Part shown: positions 27,589 through 30,105 of the stretch, one piece after another
Layout: the number at the start of each line of letters is the position of its first letter
Numbering within the stretch: the first letter of the stretch is position 1
DNA from: Candidatus Thorarchaeota archaeon
GTDB lineage: Archaea > Asgardarchaeota > Thorarchaeia > Thorarchaeales > Thorarchaeaceae
Assembly: GCA_016840855.1 (NCBI GenBank)
Contig: JAEORO010000067.1
Coordinates: 1 to 30,105, forward strand
DNA length: 30,105 bases
Reading direction: 5' to 3'
The notes under the pieces: generated by a model
Told to the model about the DNA's origin: nothing
Database searches by the model: none
What the model saw: the letters and a program-made list of their open reading frames with translations, nothing else
Translations under genes and position numbers: made by a program

Positions 27589-28755
27589 TTACATCCAGTA
27601 TATAGCATCAGGAACTACGACAGTTCCCGCAATGATGAGCGCCTTGAGATCTTCAACTGCGTTAATGACAGATGTAGGAAGTGTTAGCAGATCTTCATTT
27701 ACCTCATATCCAACACCATTGTTAGAAAGTTTGAAGATGTAGAGGAGATCAAAACCTGTCTTCCAAGTTTCATCAACAATCCAGTCTTTAATGATTGTAT
27801 AGACTGCTACATCCATCCGCTTCAACATCGATGTAAGACATAGTGTTGGAGGTGCAGGATTATCAGGATTTGCCGTACCTTGGTACATCTGAGGAAAATC
27901 ACATCCAATGCACCACAGCGGGACACTAGAAGTAATACTCTTGTCCTTGACGCTGTCAAACACTCCAAGACCTGAACGCCCCGCAGCTGCAAATACAATA
28001 TCTGCACCAGCATCATACATCCCATCAGCTAGTGTTTGGCCTGCTGTTGTGTCAACCCAATCGTTTGTGTATGCCATTATGATGTTTGAACCATCAATAT
28101 TATGATTGGTGTAGTTTGCTCCAAAGACATATCCCGTAGCGTATTTGTTTGTCAACGGAATATCCATTCCACCGATAAATCCAATTTTGTCAGTAGTGGT
28201 AGTTAGACCAGCGATTGCACCAACCAGTGCAGAGCCTTCATGCTCATTGAAGAGCAGGGACGCAACATTGGGATAGACCATCGGATCAATGAACACGTCA
28301 ACAATTGCGAATTTTTGATCTGAATATTCACCCGCAACAATCTGCAATGAAGTCATTTGATCGAATCCTACGCTGACGATCAGGCTGTATGGTTCAAGAT
28401 ATCCTGCGTGTTCTGCAAAACCCCTCAGAAATGACTCGTAATCAGATATCGAAGTCGGTTCAACATAAGTGAATTCGATGTTGTAGCTTGAACGTGCAAG
28501 TGTTGCTCCACTATAACACAGATCATTGATGCTTTTGTCATCGAGACCTCCTGTAGCAAAGACAATGGCTACCTGATATGGATTATTTACAGGTTGGGTG
28601 GTTGTTGGGCTAGTTGTCGGTATGGTAGTTGTTGGACCATTAGGACCGCTTGGCAGCTCTATCACAAAGAGGAACACTCCCGTTCCTATCAAGACTATTC
28701 CAATTACAATAATCGCTGATACAGCTATCTTAGCCCCTGAGTTACCCAAACTCAT
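27589..28755 (-). CDS. BMP-family (PnrA/TmpC-like, probably nucleoside) ABC substrate-binding protein
   Basis: GGLDDKSIN, FNEHEGSALVG, KIGFIGG, GADIVFAAAG, IGCD, TSMLKRMD. N-terminal TM plus Thr linker. Start probably ATG 28755. Confidence 0.88.
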   Translation of the reverse strand: MSLGNSGAKIAVSAIIVIGIVLIGTGVFLFVIELPSGPNGPTTTIPTTSPTTTQPVNNPYQVAIVFATGGLDDKSINDLCYSGATLARSSYNIEFTYVEPTSISDYESFLRGFAEHAGYLEPYSLIVSVGFDQMTSLQIVAGEYSDQKFAIVDVFIDPMVYPNVASLLFNEHEGSALVGAIAGLTTTTDKIGFIGGMDIPLTNKYATGYVFGANYTNHNIDGSNIIMAYTNDWVDTTAGQTLADGMYDAGADIVFAAAGRSGLGVFDSVKDKSITSSVPLWCIGCDFPQMYQGTANPDNPAPPTLCLTSMLKRMDVAVYTIIKDWIVDETWKTGFDLLYIFKLSNNGVGYEVNEDLLTLPTSVINAVEDLKALIIAGTVVVPDAIYWM

Positions 28756-28909
28756 CGCGAAACCCTCGCTACTAATACCCTCTGTTTCTCTTAGTTTTTT
28801 CGCATCATCAAAAATCGCTTGTTGATTCAATCGGCATAGACTCATATAGCAGAAATATCATTTACCGCGCTAGTGTCAGCGAGACACGATACCATTCGGG
28901 TGACAAATC

Positions 28910-29476
28910 ATGGTCACTGCATTGTTCAAGGTTGTGTTGATGGGAGATGGAAGTGTTGGTAAGACCAGCCTCCGCCGAACCTACATGGGGGAAGGTTTCC
29001 GTGCAAACTACATGATCACCATCGGAGCAGACTTCGCAGTCAAGAAGATGCAACTCGAGGGCGGGCATGATGTGAGCATTCAGATCTGGGATCTTGCTGG
29101 GCAGGAGCACTTCAAGAGCGTGCGTTCAACCTTCTACAAAGGCGCACAGGGTGCACTGGCTGTTTACTCCACCGTAGAGAGAAAGTCATTTGACAACCTG
29201 ATGAACTGGGTGGAAGAATGTTGGACCAATGCTGGAAAAAAGATACCAATTGTTTTGATTGCTAACAAGACAGACCTTCGTGACCAGTTTAAGGATAATC
29301 CGGTAATGGCTCAGACAATTGTGACCACAGAAGAAGGTCAACAGCTAGCAAACAAGATTGCTTCTCAGGGGGTCGTCACATCATTCCTAGAAACCTCTGC
29401 AAAGACAGGTCTCAATGTCGAGGCTGCATTTCTAGAGCTGGCAATCAAGATTCTCGAGGCTGGAGGACTAGCCTAG
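28910..29476 (+). CDS. Rab-like small GTPase (Ras superfamily; eukaryotic signature protein)
   Basis: G1 GDGSVGKTS, TIGADF, G3 WDLAGQE, FYKGA, G4 NKTD, G5 ETSAK; no C-terminal Cys motif. Confidence 0.95.
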   Translation: MVTALFKVVLMGDGSVGKTSLRRTYMGEGFRANYMITIGADFAVKKMQLEGGHDVSIQIWDLAGQEHFKSVRSTFYKGAQGALAVYSTVERKSFDNLMNWVEECWTNAGKKIPIVLIANKTDLRDQFKDNPVMAQTIVTTEEGQQLANKIASQGVVTSFLETSAKTGLNVEAAFLELAIKILEAGGLA

Positions 29477-30105
29477 CGTAATTCTCGTTGTCTACGTTCA
29501 ATCACTATTATCAGGACTGCAATCACTAAAGATAAACCAACAATTGTGCCTCCAACTATCAAAATGCTGCCCAACGAAAGGTCTCCTAGTTCTAAGCGTA
29601 CAAACTCTTCAGTCAGATTGACCGTAGAATGTGGAAAGATGTACTGTTTGTATAAATACCACAACACTCCATCTTCCTTCAACATCTCTAGATGAACTAT
29701 TTTACCATGTACTCCCAGTTCTGAACCTATCTGCTCATACCTGAATCCCCATACAGTTTCATTGTCAATGAAGACACTTTCACTAGAATCTCCACCAAAC
29801 CAACCTTCAATTATTTGCGGAAGAAAGACTGTTAATAGACTCCAGTTACCAATAGGCAGAAGATAGAATGGCAACCTCATTGATCTTGTTCCATTTTGAT
29901 AATACCCCGCATCAAAACCCCATACATCAAAATACGAAGTTACATTGTCTTTTACATCATTAAGTTCCGTATTTTCTTCAATCAACGAATAATAGTAGTA
30001 GAATTCATCATCTACAATTTCATCGATGACTCCATCAATTTCTATATCATGTGTTTCATAGATTTTAGCCGAGAAATTATACCTGGCATTTGCATCGATT
30101 CCCCA
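29473..30105 (-). CDS. Hypothetical C-terminally membrane-anchored protein, 5' end beyond the window
   Basis: The frame stays open from 29985 to the window edge (WGIDANARYNFSAKIYE...). C-terminal TM followed by RRQRELR. Confidence 0.7.
   Translation of the reverse strand, partial: WGIDANARYNFSAKIYETHDIEIDGVIDEIVDDEFYYYYSLIEENTELNDVKDNVTSYFDVWGFDAGYYQNGTRSMRLPFYLLPIGNWSLLTVFLPQIIEGWFGGDSSESVFIDNETVWGFRYEQIGSELGVHGKIVHLEMLKEDGVLWYLYKQYIFPHSTVNLTEEFVRLELGDLSLGSILIVGGTIVGLSLVIAVLIIVIERRQRELR

Overview
Gene-dense archaeal chromosomal window, most likely from an Asgard archaeon. A Thorarchaeia-like source is inferred from a non-prenylated Rab-like GTPase, ArcTGT, CofE, MtrA/H and many Thr-linker/C-terminal-TM surface proteins. 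From left to right: (1) three surface-anchored proteins sharing a GldG/DUF4350(GIFT)-like domain, two carrying phosphoesterase domains and one built from a recent 855-nt internal duplication, divergent from an Fbp/Afu-type ABC importer across a palindromic site; (2) tgtA and hflX; (3) an orphan, circularly permuted family-5 solute-binding protein; (4) a C1 cluster metF-mtrH'-mtrA-mtrH-marker14-cofE, then larC, with no membrane Mtr subunits, which is the best candidate for a new system (a soluble corrinoid methyl shuttle, possibly linking folate and methanopterin pools); (5) a higher-GC PolB2 plus small partner gene; (6) a Zn-ribbon protein, a BMP-family binding protein, the Rab-like GTPase and a truncated membrane-anchored protein. 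No rRNA, tRNA, CRISPR array or transposase was recognised. All family calls come from motif recognition by eye, not database searches.
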